A DNA stretch of 64,000 nucleotides from an uncultured archaeon (GCA_964354805.1 CAYHBD010000009.1:1-64000); one strand, 5' to 3'; counted from the stretch's first letter, positions 26,631 through 35,364 are shown. Notes: a model not told the origin generated them from the letters alone. Numbers and translations are program-made.

Positions 26631-27004
26631 TTTGCTTTAATTTCTTTGATTACGCACTCTTTTCCTTTCACAATCTCCGCTTCTTTGCTTCCGCATTTCG
26701 GGCACTTGATTTCAATCAGCCCTGCGTGCGCCATCTCGTGTGTTGCATTGAATTTTTCAACCGCTCCCTGAAAGCCGCAGCCGCACTTTATTTCCGGCTT
26801 GAGTATTTCAACGCTGATTTTTGTTTTTAGCTTATCGCCGAATTGCTTGCGCAGCAACTGCTGCAGCCAGAATTCAGCGTGCTCTGAATCAACGAAGTGC
26901 AGTGCGCCGATTGCAATGCCGAGCTTTATTTCCCTAACCTTTTGCCCTTTAAGCTTTTCAGCTACAGCATCAGCAATGCTCTGCATTAATGCAATGTCGT
27001 GCAT
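26627..27004 (-). CDS. hypA: Hydrogenase nickel metallochaperone HypA
   Basis: MHD N-terminus, C.CG…CPKCGS…GKE. Confidence 0.88.
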   Translation of the reverse strand: MHDIALMQSIADAVAEKLKGQKVREIKLGIAIGALHFVDSEHAEFWLQQLLRKQFGDKLKTKISVEILKPEIKCGCGFQGAVEKFNATHEMAHAGLIEIKCPKCGSKEAEIVKGKECVIKEIKAK

Positions 27005-27136
27005 AAAAACGCCTAAAAAAAATTTTAGGATATGAAATAGTTCGTAAATCGTTTTTATATTGTTTTAGCTTCAGCCTGCTTTAATGCAAATTTTTAAAAA
27101 CACTGCGTGATTCCCTTTAAGTGAAGTGACATTGTT

Positions 27137-28372
27137 TTGAAAAAGGCTTTTTTGCTTTTGGCATTTCTTTTACTTTTTTCCCTTGCTTTTGCCCAGACAA
27201 TTGAGCAGCAAGAATGCCCTACCGGTGCTGCAACCGTTTACCTGTTCTGGGGCAACGGATGCCCGCACTGCGCTACAGAGAAACAATTCCTGCAGGAAAT
27301 AGAACAAAAATACCCCTGGCTGCAAATCAAGCAGTTTGAGGTATGGTATGATGCGCAAAACAGCGCGTTTTACAAGCAGGTTGCAGACGCATTTGGCACA
27401 CTTGACGGAAGTAGTGTGCCGAGAACATTTATCGGAGACAAGGTTTTCGTCGGGTTTGCAGAGGAACAGGGTGAATTGATTTATTTGCCTGAAGAAAAGG
27501 CTTTTTTGGGCTACAAAAACCAGATTGAGAAAGCGATGGAAGAAGCAATGCAGCCTGGTGCCGCTACAGTGGAGCAGGTGCTCGAAGGAAAAATCAAACC
27601 AGCGCACGCTGAGCCGGACAGCAAAACAATCATAACACTGCCAATCATTGGCGAAATAAATGCATCTGAGTTCTCGCTGCCGGTTTTTACGGTAATAATG
27701 GGCTTTATTGACGGCTTCAACGCATGCGCAATGTTTGTCCTGCTGATGCTGCTTGCAATGCTTGTAAGGCTGAAAAGCAGGCGGAGAATGGCGATTGTTG
27801 CAGGCACTTTTGTTTTCGTTTCAGGCGCGGTTTACTTTTTGTTCATGAGCGCTTGGCTGAATGTCTTTGAATGGATTGGCTCGGTTGCAATAGCTTTCTC
27901 AATAGTTGGATTGATTGCGCTTGCAATCGGGTTTGTGAACTTGAAGGACTTCTTCTTTTTCAAAAAAGGGCCCAGCCTTTCGATTCCTAAAAGATTCAAG
28001 CCAAAGGTTTTCGCAAAAATGAGGGAAATTCTGGAAGCCGAATCAGTGCCATTGATGCTTGGGGCAGCAATTGTTCTTGCAATCAGCGTGAACTTTGTTG
28101 AATTCTTGTGCACTTTCGGCCTGCCAATGGTTTACACAAAAGTACTGGCAGAACAGCAGCTGCCTGCTCTCACCAAATACCTTTACCTTGCCCTATACCA
28201 GGTTTTCTATATGCTTGACGACACCATAATCACAGCGATTGTTGTGATAACATTAAGCAGCAGGAAGGTAACCGAAAAATACGGCAGAGCACTGAAATTC
28301 ATTGCAGGCGCAATAATGCTCGCACTGGGAGCAATACTGCTGCTGAACCCAGGGCTGCTGGTGCTTGGCTGA
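27137..28372 (+). CDS. Exported thioredoxin-like domain fused to a CcdA/DsbD-like membrane domain
   Basis: Signal peptide, GCPHC, SVPRTF, GFIDGFNAC, VEFLCT. Confidence 0.8.
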   Translation: MKKAFLLLAFLLLFSLAFAQTIEQQECPTGAATVYLFWGNGCPHCATEKQFLQEIEQKYPWLQIKQFEVWYDAQNSAFYKQVADAFGTLDGSSVPRTFIGDKVFVGFAEEQGELIYLPEEKAFLGYKNQIEKAMEEAMQPGAATVEQVLEGKIKPAHAEPDSKTIITLPIIGEINASEFSLPVFTVIMGFIDGFNACAMFVLLMLLAMLVRLKSRRRMAIVAGTFVFVSGAVYFLFMSAWLNVFEWIGSVAIAFSIVGLIALAIGFVNLKDFFFFKKGPSLSIPKRFKPKVFAKMREILEAESVPLMLGAAIVLAISVNFVEFLCTFGLPMVYTKVLAEQQLPALTKYLYLALYQVFYMLDDTIITAIVVITLSSRKVTEKYGRALKFIAGAIMLALGAILLLNPGLLVLG

Positions 28373-28418
28373 ATCCACTTGCTCTGTTTTTCTTTTTTTC
28401 TATAATTAAATTATTCTT

Positions 28419-29513
28419 ATGATTCCGTGCAATTTGCGGGATTTGGTTACATTCATCCCGAACAAGGCAGAGCCAATCCACAACTGGCTCTACTACAAGG
28501 AGGGCTTTTCAAGAGGCCTGGTTGAATGGGCAGTGAAAGAATTCTCCCTGCTGGAACCAATCCTTGACCCATTCTGCGGCGTTGGAACAACAATGCTTGC
28601 GGCAAAGCAAATGGGAATGCAGAGCATTGGCTTTGATGTAAGCCCGCTTGCAGTGCTTGCAAGCGAAGTGAAAACAAGAAACCATGATTTGAATAAACTG
28701 GAGGAAACCCTGCGTGAATTCCACAAAATGCACCCAGTGCAGGCAGGCAAGTTTCCCAACAAAAAAATCAGGCGCTTGTTCAATGCACTGCAATTGGATG
28801 AGATTTATTTCTTTTACAAAAAAGTGCAGGAAATAAAAGATGCAAGAACAAGGAACCTTTTTCTGCTCGCTTTGATTGACACAACTGGAAGGGTCGCAAA
28901 CGTAATCAAAATAGGGGGCAGCCTGCGGAAGCAGCGCAAGCCAATGCTGCCGGTGAAAAAACTTTTCCTTGGAAAAGTGAAGAAAATGATGCTGGATTTG
29001 CAAAGCATGCAAATGCCTGCGATTGAGCCCCAGGTTTTTGAAGCTGACGCGCGGATGGCAAAGCTGAAAGAGAACAGCGTTGGCTCAGTTGTCACTTCCC
29101 CACCCTATTTGAACAAGATTGAATACGCCAGGGTTTACAAAATGGAGCTCGGCCTGTTCTTTCAGTCACAGGAAACAAGGCTGCGGGCATACATTGCCGA
29201 TGAAGCAACCGGAAGGGAGCAGGAAACCAATCTGCCACTCATAGCGAAAGCGTATTTTGATGATATGCGAAAAGTGCTGCGGAACATGCTGCATTACTTG
29301 GTGCCAGGCGGCAAAGCGGTGATTGTTGTTGGAGGAGGCTGCTTTCCTTACGAAACAGTTGAGAGCGATGACGAAATAATAAAAATCGCAAAAGAGGAAG
29401 GGTTTGCGCTGCTGCAGAAAATTGTTGCAAGAAAAGTGCTTTGCATGCGCAATCGAACAATAAATGTTGGAACAGTCAGGGAGAGCGTGGTGGTGCTGGA
29501 AAAACCGGCGTGA
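28419..29513 (+). CDS. Orphan amino-DNA methyltransferase (N4-C-like, motif I before motif IV)
   Basis: IHNWLYYKEGFS, ILDPFCGVGTT, VVTSPPYLN; no adjacent endonuclease. Confidence 0.85.
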   Translation: MIPCNLRDLVTFIPNKAEPIHNWLYYKEGFSRGLVEWAVKEFSLLEPILDPFCGVGTTMLAAKQMGMQSIGFDVSPLAVLASEVKTRNHDLNKLEETLREFHKMHPVQAGKFPNKKIRRLFNALQLDEIYFFYKKVQEIKDARTRNLFLLALIDTTGRVANVIKIGGSLRKQRKPMLPVKKLFLGKVKKMMLDLQSMQMPAIEPQVFEADARMAKLKENSVGSVVTSPPYLNKIEYARVYKMELGLFFQSQETRLRAYIADEATGREQETNLPLIAKAYFDDMRKVLRNMLHYLVPGGKAVIVVGGGCFPYETVESDDEIIKIAKEEGFALLQKIVARKVLCMRNRTINVGTVRESVVVLEKPA

Positions 29514-29577
29514 GAAAGCATTAAAAACAATTAGGTAATAAGTATATTATAGGTAATAAATTTATACTGTGATTTGT

Positions 29578-29847
29578 ATGGCTACTCAGACTGTTCAAAT
29601 ACTGCATTACCCAACGCTTAAGACAGTTCTGCTTGTTGAAGAGATTCTTAAGGGTGCAAAAGAGCCTCTTTCAAGGTATGAGGTAATGAAGAGGGCGAAG
29701 AATAAAATAATGAGGCAGACCCTGAATACCATAATTGAATACCTTGAAAAAAGGGGCATGGTGCTGGACAGCGAGAAGGGAATTATCTGGACTTATATGC
29801 CGCCGGCAAAATTGCAAAAATGGCTGAAAGAAAGTGTGGAAGCATGA
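29578..29847 (+). CDS. wHTH protein, putative antitoxin
   Basis: HYPTLKTVLLVEE…QTLNTIIEYLE; TAGGTAATAA tandem repeat upstream; ATGA overlap with the next gene. Confidence 0.65.
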   Translation: MATQTVQILHYPTLKTVLLVEEILKGAKEPLSRYEVMKRAKNKIMRQTLNTIIEYLEKRGMVLDSEKGIIWTYMPPAKLQKWLKESVEA

Positions 29848-30197
29848 GGGCAAGGGTAAGGTTGATTGGGCAAGCGCTTGAAGAGTATAACAAGCTAAAG
29901 GACATTACAGGGAAAGAAATGGCAGGGGGAATAACAAGCAGTGAAAACATTTCACTGCTCCGCTCTATTGACCAAAAAATCGAGTGGCTGAAAGACAATC
30001 CATTGGTTGGAGAAGTGGTCAAAAAGAAAGACATACCGCCAGAACTTGATGTTGACAACTTGTTCAAGCTGAGGCTGGCGCAATACTGGAGAATGCTGTA
30101 TACTATTGGAAGAAAAGAAATAGAAATATTCTGCTTTATTCTTGTAATAGAATCACACCCGGATTACGACAGAAGATTCGGCTACAAAAAGAGATAA
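29844..30197 (+). CDS. RelE/ParE-like toxin candidate
   Basis: IEWLKDNPLVG…NLFKLRLAQYWRMLYTI…HPDYDRRFGY. Confidence 0.6.
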   Translation: MRARVRLIGQALEEYNKLKDITGKEMAGGITSSENISLLRSIDQKIEWLKDNPLVGEVVKKKDIPPELDVDNLFKLRLAQYWRMLYTIGRKEIEIFCFILVIESHPDYDRRFGYKKR

Positions 30198-30211
30198 AAC
30201 AAGCCTCGCAG

Positions 30212-30272
30212 GCGCAATAGGATAATAAAAGTTGGAACAGTCAGGGAGAGCGTGGTGGTGCTGGAAAAACCG
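30212..30272 (+). repeat. Copy 2 of the MTase 3' end
   Basis: 57/61 identical to 29447-29507, last 42 bp identical. Confidence 0.92.
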
Positions 30273-30313
30273 ATGGAAAAGAATTAAAAGGAAGAAAGCC
30301 ATAATCTTTTTTT

Positions 30314-30688
30314 ATGGGGATATTGAAGAGAATAACGGTTGCGGGAAGACTAGCTGTAAAAAAAGCGCATTCGGAAAGGGCCGTAGTCAGGATAAAGTTG
30401 CCTAAGGGGGATGCGAGGGATACGCAAAGGCGGTTCAAGGCTACTCCACAAGAGTTTATGGATAACATGGTTTCTTGGTGGCAAAGAGACAAAATTTTCC
30501 ACTTTTTTTTGTCTGGCAATGAAACGCGAGGATATGGGCTTTGGATTGCTTCTCCTGGCATTGGTGTAAGCATTCCTAGCGGCGCGAAAAAAACGGAGAT
30601 AATGGGAATTCTAAAGGAGTATGCAAAAGGCATTCAAAGAAAAAACCCGGGAATAAAAGTGTTTGTTACGTATAAAAAAAATCTCTAA
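30314..30688 (+). CDS. Basic hypothetical protein
   Basis: 124-aa K/R-rich ORF bounded by MTase-end repeats. Confidence 0.55.
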   Translation: MGILKRITVAGRLAVKKAHSERAVVRIKLPKGDARDTQRRFKATPQEFMDNMVSWWQRDKIFHFFLSGNETRGYGLWIASPGIGVSIPSGAKKTEIMGILKEYAKGIQRKNPGIKVFVTYKKNL

Positions 30689-30689
30689 A

Positions 30690-30719
30690 AGCGTGGTGGT
30701 GCTGCTGAAACCGGCATAA
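30690..30719 (+). repeat. Copy 3 of the MTase 3' end including an in-frame stop
   Basis: AGCGTGGTGGTGCTGCTGAAACCGGCATAA (SVVVLLKPA*) vs SVVVLEKPA*. Confidence 0.85.
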
Positions 30720-30809
30720 AGCCGATTTTACCTCTATACAGCATCCTTTTAAAAGCAGCTTCTTTCTATTAATTAACAAATTTCTTTAACTTTTTGGGAG
30801 GTTGGAATT

Positions 30810-30965
30810 ATGGCTGGAAAGAAAGCATTTGGCGGATACACTATCTGTTTCAAGGGATGTAAGGACACTGTTGAAGATGTCTTTGGCTCAGGCAACATTG
30901 CGCCGAGCGAGATGACGAAAAAGATTTGGGCATACGTTAAGAAAAAAGGCATTGCCGGAAAGTAA
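30810..30965 (+). CDS. Small SWIB/MDM2-like protein (51 aa, not in ORF track)
   Basis: GGAGGT RBS; MAGKKAFGGYTICFKGCKDTVEDVFGSGNIAPSEMTKKIWAYVKKKGIAGK; T-run after the stop. Confidence 0.75.
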   Translation: MAGKKAFGGYTICFKGCKDTVEDVFGSGNIAPSEMTKKIWAYVKKKGIAGK

Positions 30966-30997
30966 CGGCAAACCTTTTTTTTCTTTTTTTTAATTAA

Positions 30998-31423
30998 TTG
31001 AGCGTGTTCAATTTGAATGCAAAAAAGATAGTTATTGCCGGCATTGCAGCCGGAATAGTAATCTCAGTTATCTCTCTATCTATAAGCTATCTCGTGCAGT
31101 ATGCGTTTTCATACGATGTTCTTGCTTTGGGCGGCATGCGACAAGTAAATGACCCAATAATGGCGCTTTTCTTCGTGCACCCATGGGTTTTGGGCTTTGC
31201 AATGGCAATCGCTTTTGAAAAAACCAAAGCAGGACTTGGCAAAGCAGGCATGAACAGGGGAAAGAACTTTGGCTTAATCGTCTGGCTTCTTGCAGGATTG
31301 CCAAGCGCTTTCCTTGTATGGAGCAGCATGAACTATCCCCTTGGATTCACGGTAAGCAGCGTGGTAGGCAGCTTGCTGTATATGGTTGCAGCAGGCATTG
31401 TAATAGAAAAAATAATGGGCTGA
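30998..31423 (+). CDS. Small 4-TM membrane protein
   Basis: Hydrophobic pattern; GGMR..NDP…HPW. Confidence 0.7.
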   Translation: MSVFNLNAKKIVIAGIAAGIVISVISLSISYLVQYAFSYDVLALGGMRQVNDPIMALFFVHPWVLGFAMAIAFEKTKAGLGKAGMNRGKNFGLIVWLLAGLPSAFLVWSSMNYPLGFTVSSVVGSLLYMVAAGIVIEKIMG

Positions 31424-31530
31424 AAACCAGCCAAAAAGTTTGCCTGCTCTTTTTATTTTTTTATTTTTTTTTCCAGAAAAGCGGTAAGAATTGCTTTAAA
31501 AAAACAACTACCTCAAATTAAATTAGACAG

Positions 31531-31623
31531 TTCTTCGCTTCTTTCGCAATGCGAACGAAGTGAGCACAGTCCATTCGGAGCGAAAGCGACGAATGGGCTT
31601 ACGTACTGCCGGCGTTCCGGCAT
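31531..31623 (+). other. Structured 5' leader of tRNA-Asp (three hairpins)
   Basis: TGC-GA-AC-GAA-GT-GA-GCA; GTCCATTCG-GA-GC-GAAA-GC-GA-CGAATGGGC; TGCCGG-CGTT-CCGGCA. Confidence 0.55.
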
Positions 31624-31763
31624 GCCCTAATAGTCTATCGGTTAGGATGCGGCCCTGTCGAGAAGCCTTTTCTTAAAAAGAAAAGGCTTGCGAAAAGAAA
31701 GCAATTTTGCGAAAGCAAAATTGCGGTCAGGCTGCGAGGCGGGTTCGACTCCCGCTTAGGGCG
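31624..31763 (+). tRNA. tRNA-Asp(GUC) with 68-nt intron at 37/38 (31661-31728)
   Basis: GCCCTAA/TTAGGGC acceptor, G73; CGGCC-CT-GTC-G|intron|A-GGCTG; GCGGG-TTCGACT-CCCGC T arm. Confidence 0.92.
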
Positions 31764-31860
31764 AATTTTTTTCAATTAAACTTAATCAGCTTTTTTTATA
31801 ATTCTAAAAAAAAGTTGGGCTTTTAAATTTAATTGACCCTTTTTAATTTGAGGTTTGGGC

Positions 31861-32688
31861 ATGGCAAGAAAGGGGAGCAAAAGGCAAAGCACTGGCTCGC
31901 TTGGGGAGAGAATGGAAGATTTTGGGGAAGAGGTCGGCAGGATTGGCGAGCAATTCGGAGAAAGGATGGAGAGAAAGGGCAACGAAATCGGTGATGAGTT
32001 AAGGTCTGCTTTTGGGTTTGTTTGGCCGATTATCGGCAGCATTGTTGGATTGATTTGTTTTGCAATTGCAATTTGGGCGCTGAACTATATCGGGGCCAAC
32101 TCTGGCTTTGAATTTTTGACTAAAATAGCTGCTTTTTTTCTTTCAAACCTCGGTCTGTTTTTCATTCTGTTCCTGTTCTTCTCTTACATGGATTTCTTTT
32201 CAAAAACAAAAAGAAGGGCATTCAGGCCCTTTTCCCCGATTGTAACAGCTGCGGGAATTGCCGTAGCAGTATGGGTGATTGCGAACGCTGCAATAATCGC
32301 AGCCCCATCGCTTGGAATTGGTTTCATTGCTGGCATTGCAGCATATACTTTGGAAAAAATTTTGTGGTTTTTCATTTTCTTCGCATTGGTCGGTTATTTG
32401 GTTTTCCTGCTCTCAAGGGGCAGCGAGGAAGCAACAGTTAGGGAGGTGTCTCAAATGAAAAAAGCTTTCGCAAAAAAAGAAACAGAAGGCGTAAAGCACT
32501 TGTACAGGTCAGGCAAAGAAAAAATTCTCGGCGGGGTATGCGGTGGCGTAGCGGAATACCTCAAAGTTGACCCAGTGATAATAAGACTGCTCTGGGTTGC
32601 AGGAGTACTGGCATGGGGCTTCGGAGTCCTGCTGTACATAATAATGTGGATAATCGTCCCAAGGAATCCAGCGCACGCATGGGGTTAA
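31861..32688 (+). CDS. Membrane protein with C-terminal PspC domain
   Basis: LYRSGKEKILGGVCGGVAEYLKVDPVIIRLLWV…YIIMWIIVP. Confidence 0.85.
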   Translation: MARKGSKRQSTGSLGERMEDFGEEVGRIGEQFGERMERKGNEIGDELRSAFGFVWPIIGSIVGLICFAIAIWALNYIGANSGFEFLTKIAAFFLSNLGLFFILFLFFSYMDFFSKTKRRAFRPFSPIVTAAGIAVAVWVIANAAIIAAPSLGIGFIAGIAAYTLEKILWFFIFFALVGYLVFLLSRGSEEATVREVSQMKKAFAKKETEGVKHLYRSGKEKILGGVCGGVAEYLKVDPVIIRLLWVAGVLAWGFGVLLYIIMWIIVPRNPAHAWG

Positions 32689-32728
32689 AAAAATTCAGCA
32701 GCCGGAAATTTGCAATCATTGAGTTCAT

Positions 32729-33388
32729 TTACAGCAGCGGTTGGATGAATTGCATGAACTGCTTTTTTGTTGCCTTCAGTTCCTTTTCTCCCTCAAACAA
32801 AAAGAGGGCATTGCCAGGCAGCGCTTTCCACTGGCTGAGGAAACCGTTTTTTTCAACAGCGTTGAAGTAGGCGTTCACTTTTTTTCTCTGCTTTTCATTC
32901 AGCGAGCCTGTTGCTTGCTCGAATTCTTTTTCCTGCAGCGCAGCGCAGAACGGATACAATTCGCGCAGCGGTTTTTCGCTCAGTGAAATGAAAGGGAAAA
33001 GCCTGCAGATTGCAGGCAGAAAGCCGTGAATTGTGCAGCGCCCGCCTTTCAGAAAAACGCATTCACCTTTTGCATTTCTTTTCAACGCAATGCAGGGCAG
33101 AACAAGAAAAAAAGATGGAAGAGCGCCAAAATTTTTTTCAAAAAACAAAACAGCTTTTTTCGGCAGCATTTGGCTGCTTACTGTTAGCCTGTCTTTTTTT
33201 TCTTTTCTCGCATACAAGTGCGCAACCAAAGCGCATTTTTGTTTGATGAACTGCGCTTCACCCAAACCGAGCTTTGCTGCAATGGCTTTTGCTTCAGCAG
33301 GCAGCACTGTTATCCAGTATCTTTTGCAGCACTCGCTGCATTTTGTTTCAATGCAATGCATGCGCATGGTAAAAAGCATTGCATGCAA
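32729..33388 (-). CDS. YkgJ-family cysteine-cluster protein (start uncertain)
   Basis: C…CSECC, CVFL…CTIH…P.ICRLFPF…C. Confidence 0.75.
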   Translation of the reverse strand: MHAMLFTMRMHCIETKCSECCKRYWITVLPAEAKAIAAKLGLGEAQFIKQKCALVAHLYARKEKKDRLTVSSQMLPKKAVLFFEKNFGALPSFFLVLPCIALKRNAKGECVFLKGGRCTIHGFLPAICRLFPFISLSEKPLRELYPFCAALQEKEFEQATGSLNEKQRKKVNAYFNAVEKNGFLSQWKALPGNALFLFEGEKELKATKKQFMQFIQPLL

Positions 33389-33675
33389 GTTGTTTTAAAA
33401 AATGCGTTGCTGAAAAAACGGCGAATTCAGGAAAAATTTTTGAAAAAAAGTTCGGGCGGCAAAAAATTGGCAAAAAAAGCGATAATTTCCTGCCAAGTAT
33501 ACATAAAAAGGCCTTTTTGTTTTTTTCTGTATGCTTTTTTAAATCTATTCAGGCTTTTTTTCCCAAAAAAAGATTTAAATTCTCTTTAGGGAACATAATA
33601 GTATTGATAATTTCAGTCTTTAAGTAAAAAAATGATTGAAATTGCCACCTTAAGACTAAGAGAGGTGAATTCATA

Positions 33676-33912
33676 ATGCCGAAAGCAAGAAAAAAGCAAC
33701 CAAAACGCAAAGCAAAGCCAGCTCGGAAGCCTGCAAAAAAGCCTGTTAAAAAAATTAAAGCCATTGAAGAGCAGGAAGAAGAAAAAGAGGAAGAGCAGGA
33801 AGAAGCAAGCGAAGAAGAGGAACCAGAGGAAAACAGTTTTGAAGAAGAGGAAAGCGAGGAATCAGAGCCAGAGGAAGAAGCAGCAGTGGAAGAAGCGGAA
33901 GAAGAATTTTGA
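33676..33912 (+). CDS. Small bipolar protein (Lys/Pro/Ala-rich N-half, poly-Glu C-half)
   Basis: GAGGTGA RBS; MPKARKKQPKRKAKPARKPAKKPVKK…EEQEEEKEEE…. Confidence 0.7.
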   Translation: MPKARKKQPKRKAKPARKPAKKPVKKIKAIEEQEEEKEEEQEEASEEEEPEENSFEEEESEESEPEEEAAVEEAEEEF

Positions 33913-34176
33913 AGAAGAAACTGTATTCCGGGAAAAAAAACGAATAAGAATTTTGAAACGAAAAAAAACCAATTCGGTTGCGTTAAAAGATTTGCGCAGG
34001 AACAAGAGCAGACAAAATCTGCTTTGCCTCAGTTGCCTTTTTTGCCTTCAAGAAACTTTTGAAAAAAGTTTCATCAAAAAGCCTTTTTTCCTTTGGAAAA
34101 AAGCCTTGAGAAAAAATGCTTCGCAAGAGTGGCAATATGCCACAAAATATTTTTTAAAAAAAAAGGGGTGAATTGA

Positions 34177-35259
34177 ATGAAAAGTTTGGTTGGAAGCGCA
34201 ATGGGAAAAAAAACACCAAGCGCTGAAAAAGACAATGAAGAATTCGAGCAATTGAAGATAATGGTGATTGGAACAGGCGGAGGAGGCTGCAACACAATAA
34301 ACAGGCTTGCGAAAAAAGGAATAAGGGGAGCACAACTGTTTGCTGTCAACACAGACAAGCAGCACCTTGCAATAATTGATGACAGTGTATCAAAAATCCT
34401 GATTGGAGAAACAGTTACAAGAGGCCTGGGCGCCGGCGGTTACCCTGAAATCGGCCACAAGGCAGCTGAAGTCAGCAAATCAAAGCTTGAAGAAGCCCTG
34501 CAAAGAGTTGACATGCTTTTCTTGGCAGCAGGAATGGGCGGAGGCACTGGAACAGGCTCAGCACCGGTTATTGCAGAGATCGCAAAAGAGCAGGGAGCAA
34601 TAGTGATAAGCGTTGTAACTTACCCTTTCAATCTGGAGAGAGCAAGAATAGTGAAAGCGGAAGAAGGAATACAACAGTTGAGCAAAGTATCTGACACGGT
34701 TATAGTGATTGACAACAACAGGCTCGCGCAGCTTGTGCCGAACCTGCCGATTCAGGACGCGTTCAAGGTTGCCGATGAAGTGATTGCAGCTGCGGTAATT
34801 GGAATAACCGAAACAATAACACAGCCTTCTTTGATTAACCTGGATTTCGCTGATGTAAGGGCAATAATGTCAAACAAGGGCCTGAGCCTGATTGCAGTCG
34901 GGGAAAGCAAGGCAAATGACAAGGTCAATGCAGTTGTAGAGGACACATTGCACAACATGCTTTTGGATGTTGACATAAGCGGGGCAAAAGGCGCACTGAT
35001 TCACATAACAGGCGGGCCTGATTTAACGCTTGGAGAGGCAAATGCAATCGGAGAAAAGCTGACTGACAGGATTGACAGCAAAGCAACAGTCATTTGGGGC
35101 GCAAGGATTGACCCAACCTTTGAAAACAGGGTTGAGGTAATAGCAATCTTCACAGGGGTTTACTCGCCGTACATCACCGGAACAAAGAAAGAGGAACAAT
35201 TTGCAACGTCCTTTGCATCAAGGGGCAAAAAAAGCGAATTGGATTTAGGCTACGCTTAA
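34177..35259 (+). CDS. ftsZ: Cell division protein FtsZ
   Basis: GTGGGGCN, NTD, GMGGGTGTG, NLDFADV. Confidence 0.97.
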   Translation: MKSLVGSAMGKKTPSAEKDNEEFEQLKIMVIGTGGGGCNTINRLAKKGIRGAQLFAVNTDKQHLAIIDDSVSKILIGETVTRGLGAGGYPEIGHKAAEVSKSKLEEALQRVDMLFLAAGMGGGTGTGSAPVIAEIAKEQGAIVISVVTYPFNLERARIVKAEEGIQQLSKVSDTVIVIDNNRLAQLVPNLPIQDAFKVADEVIAAAVIGITETITQPSLINLDFADVRAIMSNKGLSLIAVGESKANDKVNAVVEDTLHNMLLDVDISGAKGALIHITGGPDLTLGEANAIGEKLTDRIDSKATVIWGARIDPTFENRVEVIAIFTGVYSPYITGTKKEEQFATSFASRGKKSELDLGYA

Positions 35260-35364
35260 ATTGAGCAAAAAAAAATTCGGCGGTTATGGCTATAACTTAA
35301 TGCCAAAAAGCAATTTCGTGCTATGCTGCACTTAAAACAAGAAAAGGGGGCAATAATTCACTCT

